Source: Candidatus Cloacimonadales bacterium (GTDB lineage: Bacteria > Cloacimonadota > Cloacimonadia > Cloacimonadales > JAFGVF01). From it: DNA of 64,000 nt. Location of the stretch: contig OY759729.1 in the NCBI GenBank assembly GCA_963662585.1, forward strand, positions 960,001-1,024,000, written 5' to 3'. Both the position numbers and the translations under genes were made by a program. Below the pieces are notes generated by a model. The model had not been told where the DNA came from, did no database searches, and saw nothing but the letters and a program-made list of their open reading frames with translations. Positions 9,271 to 18,984 of this stretch are shown one piece after another (within the stretch, counting starts at the first letter, position 1; every line of letters begins with the position of its first letter).

Positions 9271-12200
9271 ATGAGCAAATTTCTAAATGAACATTTATTA
9301 ACAAATGCCCCTTGTGGATATGCATTACAAAAATTAGTTAAAGATAATGATGGAAATGCTTATGATTCCTTATTTATAGAGACAAATCAGCAATTTCTTG
9401 ATTTAACTGATTGCAAAAAAGATAATATTCAAAACTTAAAGAGCTCTGATTTTTTCCCATCTATATTTGATGACTACGAATATTGGCAGCAAATCTTTGT
9501 TAATATCGCTCTCAATAAAGCCCAAAGTATAACAAATAAAATTATCAGAATTAATAAGAAACCATACGCTATGAATGTTTATTCTCCCCAAATTGAGTAT
9601 TTTGTGATTGTTTTCCAAGAATTACGCCCCAAAGATAATCAAGAAATTGAACTTTCAAACTTCTTTGATATTAATTTAGATCTACTCTGTATCGCTGACA
9701 TAGAGGGAAATTTTCTTAAAGTAAATAAATCATGGGAATCAACACTAGGTTATACTACGGAATATCTTCTTACCCACAAATTCTTTGAGTTTATCCATCC
9801 TGATGACCTAGAAATAACTTATGATGCTATAGAACAATTATCCCAAGATCACGAATTAGTCCAGTTTGTAAATAGGTACCGCACTAAAAATGGAGATTAC
9901 CGATATATAGAATGGCGTTCTAACCCAATTGGGGATCATATTTACTCAGCAGCCCGTGATGTTACGGTGAGAATAGAATTAGAAAAAAAACAACAAACTG
10001 ATCTAGAAAAATACAATAGATTGTTTAATAATAATTTCACTCTTATTGCTCTAAGTTCTTATGAAGATAAGAAGTTTGTTGATTTAAATTCAGCGTTTTT
10101 AAAGATATTCATGATGAAGAAAGAGAACTTTATTGGCCAATATAATGCCTTCTTAGATAGAGAAATAATTTTTAATAATGATAAAGGTTCTGTTGCAGAG
10201 TTGATAGAGAAATATGGTATAATTAGAGATATTGATATCAAAATGAGTTACCATTTAGCTGAACCATTTTACGGTTTATTATCTGGAGAAATTTTTGAAA
10301 CTGGAGGTGAAAAATATTATTTGACCTTCATGATTGATATTAGTGAGCAGAAAAAATCCCAAAAGAAACTACAATATTACAATCAATTACAGAGTATTCT
10401 CAGAGATTTTTCTACTAATTTAATTAATATTGCTTCAGTTGATATTGAAAAATCTATAAATGAGATATTAGGTGATATTGGTAAATTCTTTGAGGGAGAT
10501 AGAGCCTATATTTTTGATTATGATTTAGAAAATAAAGAGTTGACTAATACTTTTGAATGGTGCGGTGATGGTATTACTTCAGAAATTGAGAATATGCAAA
10601 AAATACCTTTTTCAGTAGTGAATACATTGATAGATATTCACCTTAGCAAAGAATCTCTGATGGTTGAAGATGTTGCAAGTCTTAATGATCAAGATTTAAA
10701 GAAAATTCTTGAACTTCAAGGAGTTCTAAGTGTTATAACTACTCCAATTTTTAGAGATGATAAATGCATAGGTTTTATAGGAATAGATTTTGTTAAAAAG
10801 CATAGAACTTTTTCTAAAATGGACAAGGAATTATTAGATTTCTTTGTTCAGATATATGTAAATATTATTTCAAGGATAGAAAGTGAAAAGAATCTTAAAA
10901 AAACGAATGAACTTCTAGTTCATAAGAGTAAGATTGCAGAAGAATATGCCCAAAAAGCCTTCTATGCAAGTAAGGCTAAGTCTCAATTTCTTGCCAACAT
11001 GAGCCATGAAATCAGAACACCCTTGAATGGAGTTATTGGCTTTAGCGAATTATTAATGACAACCAAACTTAATCAAATCCAGAAGGAATATGCCGAAAAT
11101 ACTAAAGCATCTGCTCAATCTCTACTAGATATCGTAAATGATATTTTAGATTTTTCAAAAATAGAAGCTGGTAAATTAGAATTAGATATTCTTAAAACAG
11201 ATATTGTTGAAATGATTGAACAAACTGAGAATATTATCAAATATAACATTGCTAAAAAATCTTTAGAATTTTTAGTAGAAATATCACCCAAGGTCCCTCG
11301 ATTTGTTACTATAGATGCTATTCGTCTTAAACAAGTGATAGTTAATCTCTTATCAAATGCTGTGAAATTTACAAATGAAGGTTATGTAAAATTAAAGGTT
11401 AGTTTTGAGAAGTTATCAAGCTTTGAAGGTATGCTCTACTTTGAAGTTAGTGATACTGGTATTGGTATTTCTGAAAAGCAAAAAGATAAACTATTTCATG
11501 CTTTTTCACAAGCAGATACTTCAACTACTCGAAAATTCGGAGGAACAGGATTAGGATTAATAATTTCTAATAATTTAGTCAAAATGATGGGTGGAAAAAT
11601 AGAATTTAATAGTACAGTAGACCAAGGATCGCAATTTTACTTCTCTTTTAAAGTAGAGTTTGAAGATAGTCCAAAATTTAAATATGATCAAATTTCAGAT
11701 ATTAAATCAGTTCTATGTGTTGATGATAATCTGCAAAATTTACATATTTTGGAAGATATTCTTTCCAACTGGGGCATAGATACCACTTGTGTGGATAATG
11801 GGACTGAAGCTATAAAGCTTTTGCGAAATAGAAACACTTATGATGTAATAATCATTGATTATCTTATGCCAAATATGAATGGTTTAGAGGCTGTTAGAAT
11901 TATTAGAGATGATTTAAAATTGACCCAAGATAAACAACCGATAATCCTTTTGTATAGCTCAGAAGATGACAAAACTATCCATACAATTTCTGATGAGTTA
12001 GACCTTAGTTTCAGAATGTCAAAACCTGTTAAACAAACAGAATTATACAAGTATTTGATAAAAGCTGTAGATAGATTCTATTTTCGTAAAAAGCAACTTG
12101 AAGAGAAGCAACAAGAACAAATGGATATTATAAATTTAACAGTTGCCCCTAAGATTCTTATCGCTGAAGATAATGACCTAAATATGAAGTTAATAACAAT

Positions 12201-12534
12201 TATTATCAATAGACTAATTCCAAATGCTTTGGTATTTCAAGCAGAAAATGGTAGAATTGCCTATAATCTATTTCTTGATAATGATTTCGATTTAATATTT
12301 ATGGATTTAACAATGCCTGAGATGGATGGCTTAACTTCTACTGAACTTATCAGAGAAAAAGATCCTGAACATAAAACCCCAATTATTGCTCTTACTGCTA
12401 ATGTTGTTACTGAAGATAAAGAGAAATGTATTGCAGTAGGGATGGATGATTTTTTAACTAAGCCAATAATAAAAAAAGAACTAATAATGATATTCAAAAA
12501 ATACTTAGAGAAGGAAGCTTATGGACAATCCTAA
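9271..12534 (+). CDS. Hybrid sensor histidine kinase (PAS x3, GAF, HisKA, HATPase, two REC)
   Basis: FLANMSHEIRTPLNG, NLLSNAVKFT, DTGIG, GGTGLGL, two receiver domains (DYLMP, DLTMP). ATG 9271 with aggag RBS preferred to TTG 9247. Confidence 0.92.
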   Translation: MSKFLNEHLLTNAPCGYALQKLVKDNDGNAYDSLFIETNQQFLDLTDCKKDNIQNLKSSDFFPSIFDDYEYWQQIFVNIALNKAQSITNKIIRINKKPYAMNVYSPQIEYFVIVFQELRPKDNQEIELSNFFDINLDLLCIADIEGNFLKVNKSWESTLGYTTEYLLTHKFFEFIHPDDLEITYDAIEQLSQDHELVQFVNRYRTKNGDYRYIEWRSNPIGDHIYSAARDVTVRIELEKKQQTDLEKYNRLFNNNFTLIALSSYEDKKFVDLNSAFLKIFMMKKENFIGQYNAFLDREIIFNNDKGSVAELIEKYGIIRDIDIKMSYHLAEPFYGLLSGEIFETGGEKYYLTFMIDISEQKKSQKKLQYYNQLQSILRDFSTNLINIASVDIEKSINEILGDIGKFFEGDRAYIFDYDLENKELTNTFEWCGDGITSEIENMQKIPFSVVNTLIDIHLSKESLMVEDVASLNDQDLKKILELQGVLSVITTPIFRDDKCIGFIGIDFVKKHRTFSKMDKELLDFFVQIYVNIISRIESEKNLKKTNELLVHKSKIAEEYAQKAFYASKAKSQFLANMSHEIRTPLNGVIGFSELLMTTKLNQIQKEYAENTKASAQSLLDIVNDILDFSKIEAGKLELDILKTDIVEMIEQTENIIKYNIAKKSLEFLVEISPKVPRFVTIDAIRLKQVIVNLLSNAVKFTNEGYVKLKVSFEKLSSFEGMLYFEVSDTGIGISEKQKDKLFHAFSQADTSTTRKFGGTGLGLIISNNLVKMMGGKIEFNSTVDQGSQFYFSFKVEFEDSPKFKYDQISDIKSVLCVDDNLQNLHILEDILSNWGIDTTCVDNGTEAIKLLRNRNTYDVIIIDYLMPNMNGLEAVRIIRDDLKLTQDKQPIILLYSSEDDKTIHTISDELDLSFRMSKPVKQTELYKYLIKAVDRFYFRKKQLEEKQQEQMDIINLTVAPKILIAEDNDLNMKLITIIINRLIPNALVFQAENGRIAYNLFLDNDFDLIFMDLTMPEMDGLTSTELIREKDPEHKTPIIALTANVVTEDKEKCIAVGMDDFLTKPIIKKELIMIFKKYLEKEAYGQS

Positions 12535-14122
12535 TACAGATATACTTGCTACAGATATTAAGCAATTATCTTTACTTAAAAAAGAATGTAGTTATCTGTT
12601 TGAAAATAACTTAGAGATAATAATGATTCTTGATCCTGAGAATGGTAAGATTATTGATGCCAATAAGAGTGCTATAGAATTCTACAAATATTCTAAAGAA
12701 AAGCTTTTAAGTATGACTATTTTTGAAATTAACATCCTTCCCACAGAAGAGATTGTTAAGAGATTTAATCAGGTTAAGGACAATAAAAGAAGCTCATTTA
12801 TTTTTAATCATAAATTAGCAGATGGAAGTATTAAAATTGTCAGAACCCAAAGTAGTAAAATTGAATTAGGTGGCAGAACCTATATTTTTTCTGTAATACA
12901 TGATGCAACTGATATTATAGAGCTTGAGAATGAGCACTCACTTATTAATAAGCAACTTAAAGATTCTTTGATATTCAGTCAAAACCTTATTAAAAATGCT
13001 TCTGAAGGAATTATTGTTTATGATAGAGATTTACGCTACACTATCTGGAATGACTTTATGGTTAAAGCTACTGGGGTTAAGCCTAGCGAAGTATTAGGAA
13101 AAAAAACTACAGAAATATTTAAAAAAGGTACATACTCTGAAGTTACAGATGGTTTAAAAAAAGCCCTTAAGGGAGAAGTTGTAACTCTAAACTCTATTGA
13201 ATTCATTAATCCGATCACAAAAGAAAGTGGTTTTACCCGTGAAGTTTATTCACCAAACTACGATAGTGAAGGTAATATTATTGGGGTTGTTTGCATTGTA
13301 AGCGACATTACCAATATAATTATATATCAAAGATCACTAGCAAATAAGAACAAAGAACTAAAAGAACTTAACTCTGTTTTATCTGAGAAACTCATAGAAT
13401 TAGAAGCAGCTAAAGAAAAAGCAGAAGAGAGCGATAGATTAAAATCTTCTTTCCTAGCCCATGTAAGTCACGAAATTAGGACACCATTAAACTCTATAGT
13501 CGGTTTTTCAACTCTACTAAAAGATGTTAGAGACACTAATTTAGTTACTAAGTACTCTAACATCATCCAAACAAACAATCTCTTCCTGCTCAATATTATT
13601 AGCGATATTCTTACTTACTCCTTAATTGAGACTAATAATATCTCTTTTAATCCTAAGAGTTTTGACATTATCACTTTTCTCAACAATATTTTCAAAAATT
13701 TCACCCAAATCACCAAAGATGATATAAATTTTGAGCTTAATACTAAAGAAATAAATACTCTAAGTGTCTATAATGATGATAATCACCTAAATCAAATTAT
13801 CTCTAATTTACTTACAAATGCTTTTAAATTCACTAACTCTGGAACTATTGAATTTGGTATTGAATCCCTTGATTCAGATAAAGTTATTCTATATGTCAAA
13901 GATACTGGTATTGGAATTGCTGAAGATAACAAACAAATCATCTTTTCTCGTTTCTACAAACTTGATAGTCATAAAGCAGGTTCAGGATTAGGACTGTCAA
14001 TTTGCAAAGCTTTAAGTGAAAGAATAAATGCGAAATTATACCTGAAATCTAAAATAAATAAAGGTTCAGTATTTTATATTGAATTACCCCTAAGATATAT
14101 CGAACAAGGAGATATAAAATGA
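12521..14122 (+). CDS. PAS-domain sensor histidine kinase
   Basis: Two PAS domains, SHEIRTPLN, NLLTNAFKFT, DTGIG, GSGLGL. Confidence 0.9.
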   Translation: MDNPNTDILATDIKQLSLLKKECSYLFENNLEIIMILDPENGKIIDANKSAIEFYKYSKEKLLSMTIFEINILPTEEIVKRFNQVKDNKRSSFIFNHKLADGSIKIVRTQSSKIELGGRTYIFSVIHDATDIIELENEHSLINKQLKDSLIFSQNLIKNASEGIIVYDRDLRYTIWNDFMVKATGVKPSEVLGKKTTEIFKKGTYSEVTDGLKKALKGEVVTLNSIEFINPITKESGFTREVYSPNYDSEGNIIGVVCIVSDITNIIIYQRSLANKNKELKELNSVLSEKLIELEAAKEKAEESDRLKSSFLAHVSHEIRTPLNSIVGFSTLLKDVRDTNLVTKYSNIIQTNNLFLLNIISDILTYSLIETNNISFNPKSFDIITFLNNIFKNFTQITKDDINFELNTKEINTLSVYNDDNHLNQIISNLLTNAFKFTNSGTIEFGIESLDSDKVILYVKDTGIGIAEDNKQIIFSRFYKLDSHKAGSGLGLSICKALSERINAKLYLKSKINKGSVFYIELPLRYIEQGDIK

Positions 14123-14493
14123 TAAATAAAAAATTAATTTTGGTTGCTGAAGATCAACCTGATAATTTTACTTTGGTTCAAGCTTACATTTCAAAATTCT
14201 ATAACATTATTCATGCCGAAAATGGCGCCGAAGCGATTGAAGAAATTAAACGCAATGCTAGTAAAATTGATGCCATTCTAATGGATATCAAGATGCCTTT
14301 AATTGATGGGATTGAGGCTACAAACGAAATTAGAAAACTAGATTTTAAAAAGCCTATAATCGCCCTTACCGCCTATGCTTACCCTGAAGAAAAGATCATT
14401 GCACTTAATGCAGGTTGTGATTATTATCTAACTAAACCAATATCTCAAGATACTCTTCTTGAGACATTAGAGATGATCTTGGCTACAGAGTAA
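14119..14493 (+). CDS. Stand-alone response regulator receiver protein
   Basis: VAEDQ, LMDIKMP, ALTA, LTKP. Confidence 0.9.
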   Translation: MINKKLILVAEDQPDNFTLVQAYISKFYNIIHAENGAEAIEEIKRNASKIDAILMDIKMPLIDGIEATNEIRKLDFKKPIIALTAYAYPEEKIIALNAGCDYYLTKPISQDTLLETLEMILATE

Positions 14494-14629
14494 AATTATT
14501 TATATTCTTTATGAATAGTTGTTAATGATATAATGTATTATTAATTAATTATAATTCATATTGTAAGTGAAAAATACAAAGATTTTTCCTAAGAGCAAAA
14601 GAATTTAACAGAATGATATTATGTTATTT

Positions 14630-14667
14630 AGGTTAGATTAACAGCCTAGTTGCTGTTAATCTAACCT
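14630..14667. repeat. Perfect 16-bp inverted repeat
   Basis: aggttagattaacagc-ctagtt-gctgttaatctaacct. Confidence 0.85.
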
Positions 14668-14890
14668 TTGTAGTTTTTCTACTCTCCAAGTGCTTTCCCC
14701 TTACTACCTCTCACTCATAACGAAAAAGTCTCATATAATGATACAGATAAGTAAGAAAGAGCAATTGTGGAGCAGTGGGCGATTGCTTAAATCCCTTCCG
14801 AGAGGTGGAAACAGGGGTGTTTCCTTCTATGGAATGGAAGCGTCCCTGCTTCCATTAACTGGGGTTACGGACCTTTAGTCCGTGAATCTT

Positions 14891-16098
14891 AAATTCCCCG
14901 CTTTAGTGCTGAAAGCACGCTAAAAGAGGGGTGGCGGCAAAGCAGACGGGTGTTTCTTTTATAGAGTGGAAGCGTCCCTGCTTCCACATTAGATAATAAT
15001 AAGATAACATTAGATTTGTAGATGGAAGTTTAAACTAGTCAGTATATGTCGCCCCTCTAGGGCTATTTTCTGGTGGTTACCTTTAGGAGTGTCTTGCGAA
15101 CACTCCCTATTATATGTTATCCCTCCGGGATTTAAGATTGCTATTACTATTATAATGAAGAAAACGAGAGTCTTAACCTATTAAATTCCCCGCTTTAGTG
15201 CTGAAAGCACGCTAAAAGAGGGGTGGCTGCAAAGCAGACGGGGTGTTTTCTTTTATGGAGTGGAAGCGTCCCTGCTTCCACATTAGACAATAATAAGATA
15301 ACATTAGATTTGTAGATGGAAGTTTAAACTGGTCAGTATATGTCGCCCCTCTAGGGCTATTTTCTGGTGGTTACCTTTAGGAGTGTCTTGCGAACACTCC
15401 CTATTATATGTTATCCCTCCGGGATTTAAGATTGCTATTACTATTATAATGAAGAAAACGAGAGTCTTAACCTATTAAATTCCCCGCTTTAGTGCTGAAA
15501 GCACGCTAAAAGAGGGGTGGCTGCAAAGCAGACGGGTGTTTCTTCTATGGAGTGGAAGCGTCTCTGCTTCCACATTAGACAATAATAAGATAACATTAGA
15601 TTTGTAGATGGAAGTTTAAACTGGTCAGTATATGTCGCCCCTCTAGGGCTATTTTCTGGTGGTTACCTTTAGGAGTGTCTTGCGAACACTCCCTATTATA
15701 TGTTATCCCTCCGGGATTTAAGATTGCTATTACTATTATAATGAAGAAAACAAGAGTCTTAACCTATTCAATTCCCCGCTTTAGTGCTGAAAGCACGCTA
15801 AAAGAGGGGTGGCTGCAAAGCAGAAGGGGTGTTTTCTTTTATGGAGTGGAAGCGTCTCTGCTTCCACATTAGACAATAATAAGATAACATTAGATTTGTA
15901 GATGGAAGTTTAAACTGGTCAGTATATGTCGCCCCTCTAGGGCTATTTTCTGGTGGTTACCTTTAGGAGTGTCTTGCGAACACTCCCTATTATATGTTAT
16001 CCCTCCGGGATTTAAGATTGCTATTACTATTATAATGAAGAAAACGAGAGTCTTAACCTATTCAATTCCCCGCTTTAGTGCTGAAAGCAAACTAAAAG
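14891..16098. repeat. Tandem array of four 292/294-bp multi-hairpin units plus a partial fifth
   Basis: Unit starts at 14891, 15183, 15477, 15769, 16063; near-identical units; partial upstream copy at 14814-14855. Confidence 0.95.
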
Positions 16099-16463
16099 TT
16101 AATAGACTATTCATCTGCTATTTATCAATTCACAGCGGACAACAAGGGTGTCCTCAATCCGACAGAAGAGGGATTATCACACTTTTCAACTGCTAGTTTT
16201 GGTACAAATAATTGCAAAAAATCGGTCACATTATTTAAGACTTTAGCCTATATGCTTTTCTCGCGATTGAACTTGAGCAAGAGCCTTATTTTATAGCTTT
16301 ATAGGACAATAGTCCTTGGTAAGTCAAAAATATTGAATATCTTTCTTATATTTTGAACAACAACTATTTTCAATTTTTTATTGACACAATAACTGCTTCT
16401 TACAAACTTACACAAATTGTTAAAATTTAATAAAAATAATATTTAATAAATAAGGAGATAGTG

Positions 16464-16598
16464 ATGAAAAGAACATTTCAACCTCATAACAGGAAAAGAA
16501 GAAACAAGCATGGTTTCCGTCTTAGAATGAGTACAGCGAATGGTAGAAGGGTGCTTAGTGCAAGAAGAGCTAAAGGCAGAAAAAGACTTACAGTTTAA
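16464..16598 (+). CDS. rpmH: 50S ribosomal protein L34 (missing from ORF track)
   Basis: Translated by hand: [44 protein letters not shown]; aaggag RBS. Confidence 0.98.
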   Translation: MKRTFQPHNRKRRNKHGFRLRMSTANGRRVLSARRAKGRKRLTV

Positions 16599-16926
16599 TT
16601 ATATTAAAAATCGGAAACAATATTTAGAATTTTATAGAATTCAGAAGAAGATTCACTCTAATTATTTTTTAGTTCTGTGTCGTAAAGACACAGAATCTTC
16701 TTTATTTTCTGTTGGAATAACAGTTACTAAGAAAATTGGAAATGCAGTTACCCGTAATAGAATTAAACGCCGAGTTAAGGCATATTTAAGACAAGTTATG
16801 AACACAAATATCAGTGGGATGATGATCAATATTATAGCGATTAAAGATTCATCAGAAATATCATGGAGTGAATTCGTAAATGAATTTGATTATCTTATTA
16901 AGAAAATTGAACAGATTAATAACTAA
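16540..16926 (+). CDS. rnpA: Ribonuclease P protein component (start uncertain)
   Basis: [22 protein letters not shown] (RNR motif); synteny after rpmH. Confidence 0.9.
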   Translation: MVEGCLVQEELKAEKDLQFNYIKNRKQYLEFYRIQKKIHSNYFLVLCRKDTESSLFSVGITVTKKIGNAVTRNRIKRRVKAYLRQVMNTNISGMMINIIAIKDSSEISWSEFVNEFDYLIKKIEQINN

Positions 16927-17149
16927 AATTACTCATTTAGTGAATTTACTATTCATTTTTATTATACGATTGTATAAAAACTACATATCCCCACTATTCC
17001 CAGCTACCTGTAGGTTTACTCCTACTTGTAGTACATATGCGACTCAAGCATTTAGAAAATACTCTTTTTTCTATGCTCTATACTTGTCTACGAAAAGAGT
17101 TCTAAAATGCCATCCATACCACCCCGGTGGATATGATCCGTTAAAATAA
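16880..17149 (+). CDS. yidD: Membrane protein insertion efficiency factor
   Basis: YISPLFPATCRFTPTCSTY...RVLKCHPYHPGGYDP. Confidence 0.93.
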   Translation: MNLIILLRKLNRLITKITHLVNLLFIFIIRLYKNYISPLFPATCRFTPTCSTYATQAFRKYSFFYALYLSTKRVLKCHPYHPGGYDPLK

Positions 17150-17162
17150 CTTAGGAGGACAT

Positions 17163-18983
17163 TTGAATAGGAAGACCCTATTAGCGATTGTATTAATGTT
17201 TCTAACATATTGGCTGTTTAACACTTATTTCTTTCCTAAACAGCAAGTTACAAGAACACAAGAAAGCACAAGCGAAGCAGTAAAACAGGCAAAAGAGATT
17301 TTATCCAAGCCAGTAATTAACTTAACCAATGATGGGATATTAATCTTTAGTGATTATCAAGATGGAGAGATTAGATTCAACTTTGATGGTAGTGAGCCAA
17401 CTACAAACAATCAATTATATCAAGGAATTATTCCGGTAACAGATCCGGATCAAGTAACAAAAATTAGAGCAAAAGTTTTTTATAATAATCAAGAATCTAA
17501 TACAGCCTTTTACACCAAGAATTTAAAGAAAGATGATATTCAACAAAGTAGCGATTTAGAGCCTGTTGTTCTAGAAAATGATAAACTTAGATTAATCCTA
17601 TCTCCCAAAGATGGAGTTATCACTGAGATTTTTGTTAAAGATTTCGCAATGGGAAAAGATAATATAGTTCAGTTAGTTCCTGAAAAGGCTAATATTGGTT
17701 CTATAGAAATCGAAGGTGAAGATCTTAGTAATTTAATTTACTTCAAAGATGTTAGCCAAACAAGCGTAAAATTCTATTTAAAAGATGTTAATGAGCAGAT
17801 GATTTTTGCTAAAGAATACAAATTAAATGACAATTATCAAGTTGATTTTAATCTTTACTTTACATCATCAAATTATAAGCAAGATTATATAATCAAAGTT
17901 CCTGGAATTGCAGATACTGAGAACCTTAGTTATAAATTATCACATCCAGAAAAATACTTTAAAAACAAAGTCCAAGATTACAAGTTAATCGCCTTGGATA
18001 CCAATGAAATCTTTAAGCAAACTTTAGCGAAATTAGAATCTAACAAGTATGAAAGTGCAACTGACAATGTAAAATGGGTTGCCACAAGATCTAAATACTT
18101 CGTAATATCTTTATTTGCTGACAAGATTATTGCAGACAAGAAATTTACTGGAACAATGGAAAATATGAGTCCTGCTTTTAATTTAATCGTAGAAGATTCT
18201 GACTTTGAATATGAGTTTGAACCTTTTTATTTCTATTTTGGTCCTGTAGACAAGGATTATATTGAGACTTTTGATTCAACCCTAATTTTTGATAGAGTTA
18301 TCGAAAGAAGTTGGACTTGGCTTCACTGGTTATCAAAGCTTTTTGAAATTGTGATGAAAAATCTAGCTAAAGTAATTCCAAATTATGGTATAGTAATCAT
18401 AATTTTTGCCTTTTTAATTAAGCTTTTACTCTATCCATTAACTCACAAGAGTTTTGAGAACAGTATGAAAATGCAGAGGGTACAGCCTTACTTAAGTGAA
18501 ATCCAGAAAAAGTATAAGAGTGATCCTTTGAAGATGAATCAAGAAATGAGTAAGGTTAAGAAAGAGCATGGAGTAAGTACTCTTGGTGGATGTTTACCAA
18601 TGCTAATTCAAATGCCAATATTCTTCGCTTTATACCCAACTCTTAGGTATTCTATCGCTTTAAGAGGAGCAACTTTCTTTGGCTGGTTACAGGATTTATC
18701 AGCACCAGACCCATATTATATACTGCCAATAATAATGGGAATATTTATGTTTATTCAACAAAAAATGATGACAAATACTCAAATGAATAGCAACTCACCG
18801 GAGATAGATGAAAAACAACAAGCTATGATGCAGAGTCAAAAGATGATGGCTTATATTCTTCCAGTGATGATGTTTTTCTTCTTCCGAAATCTTCCGTCCG
18901 GATTAGTATTATACTGGACAGTATTTAACATTTTGTCTATCGTTCAACAACACTACATTAACAAAAAATTTAGAGGACAGTAG
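17163..18983 (+). CDS. yidC: Membrane protein insertase YidC with extra Ig-like insertion
   Basis: NYGIVII, LLYPL, GGCLPMLIQMPIFFALY, WLQDLSAPDPYYILP, PSGLVLYW; TTG start with aggagg RBS. Confidence 0.95.
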   Translation: MNRKTLLAIVLMFLTYWLFNTYFFPKQQVTRTQESTSEAVKQAKEILSKPVINLTNDGILIFSDYQDGEIRFNFDGSEPTTNNQLYQGIIPVTDPDQVTKIRAKVFYNNQESNTAFYTKNLKKDDIQQSSDLEPVVLENDKLRLILSPKDGVITEIFVKDFAMGKDNIVQLVPEKANIGSIEIEGEDLSNLIYFKDVSQTSVKFYLKDVNEQMIFAKEYKLNDNYQVDFNLYFTSSNYKQDYIIKVPGIADTENLSYKLSHPEKYFKNKVQDYKLIALDTNEIFKQTLAKLESNKYESATDNVKWVATRSKYFVISLFADKIIADKKFTGTMENMSPAFNLIVEDSDFEYEFEPFYFYFGPVDKDYIETFDSTLIFDRVIERSWTWLHWLSKLFEIVMKNLAKVIPNYGIVIIIFAFLIKLLLYPLTHKSFENSMKMQRVQPYLSEIQKKYKSDPLKMNQEMSKVKKEHGVSTLGGCLPMLIQMPIFFALYPTLRYSIALRGATFFGWLQDLSAPDPYYILPIIMGIFMFIQQKMMTNTQMNSNSPEIDEKQQAMMQSQKMMAYILPVMMFFFFRNLPSGLVLYWTVFNILSIVQQHYINKKFRGQ

Positions 18984-18984
18984 T

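Noticed and set aside
14891..16098. CRISPR or other spacer-bearing array
   Set aside because: Units are ~293 bp and near-identical throughout, with no variable spacers and no adjacent cas genes.
14690..16196. Short ORFs 14690-14878, 15675-15872, 15969-16196
   Set aside because: They lie within the repeats; the equivalent frame is stopped in units 1-2 (tat taa vs tat tca), and there is no protein motif.
16100..16463. oriC upstream of rpmH
   Set aside because: No TTATCCACA-type DnaA box cluster seen and no dnaA adjacent.
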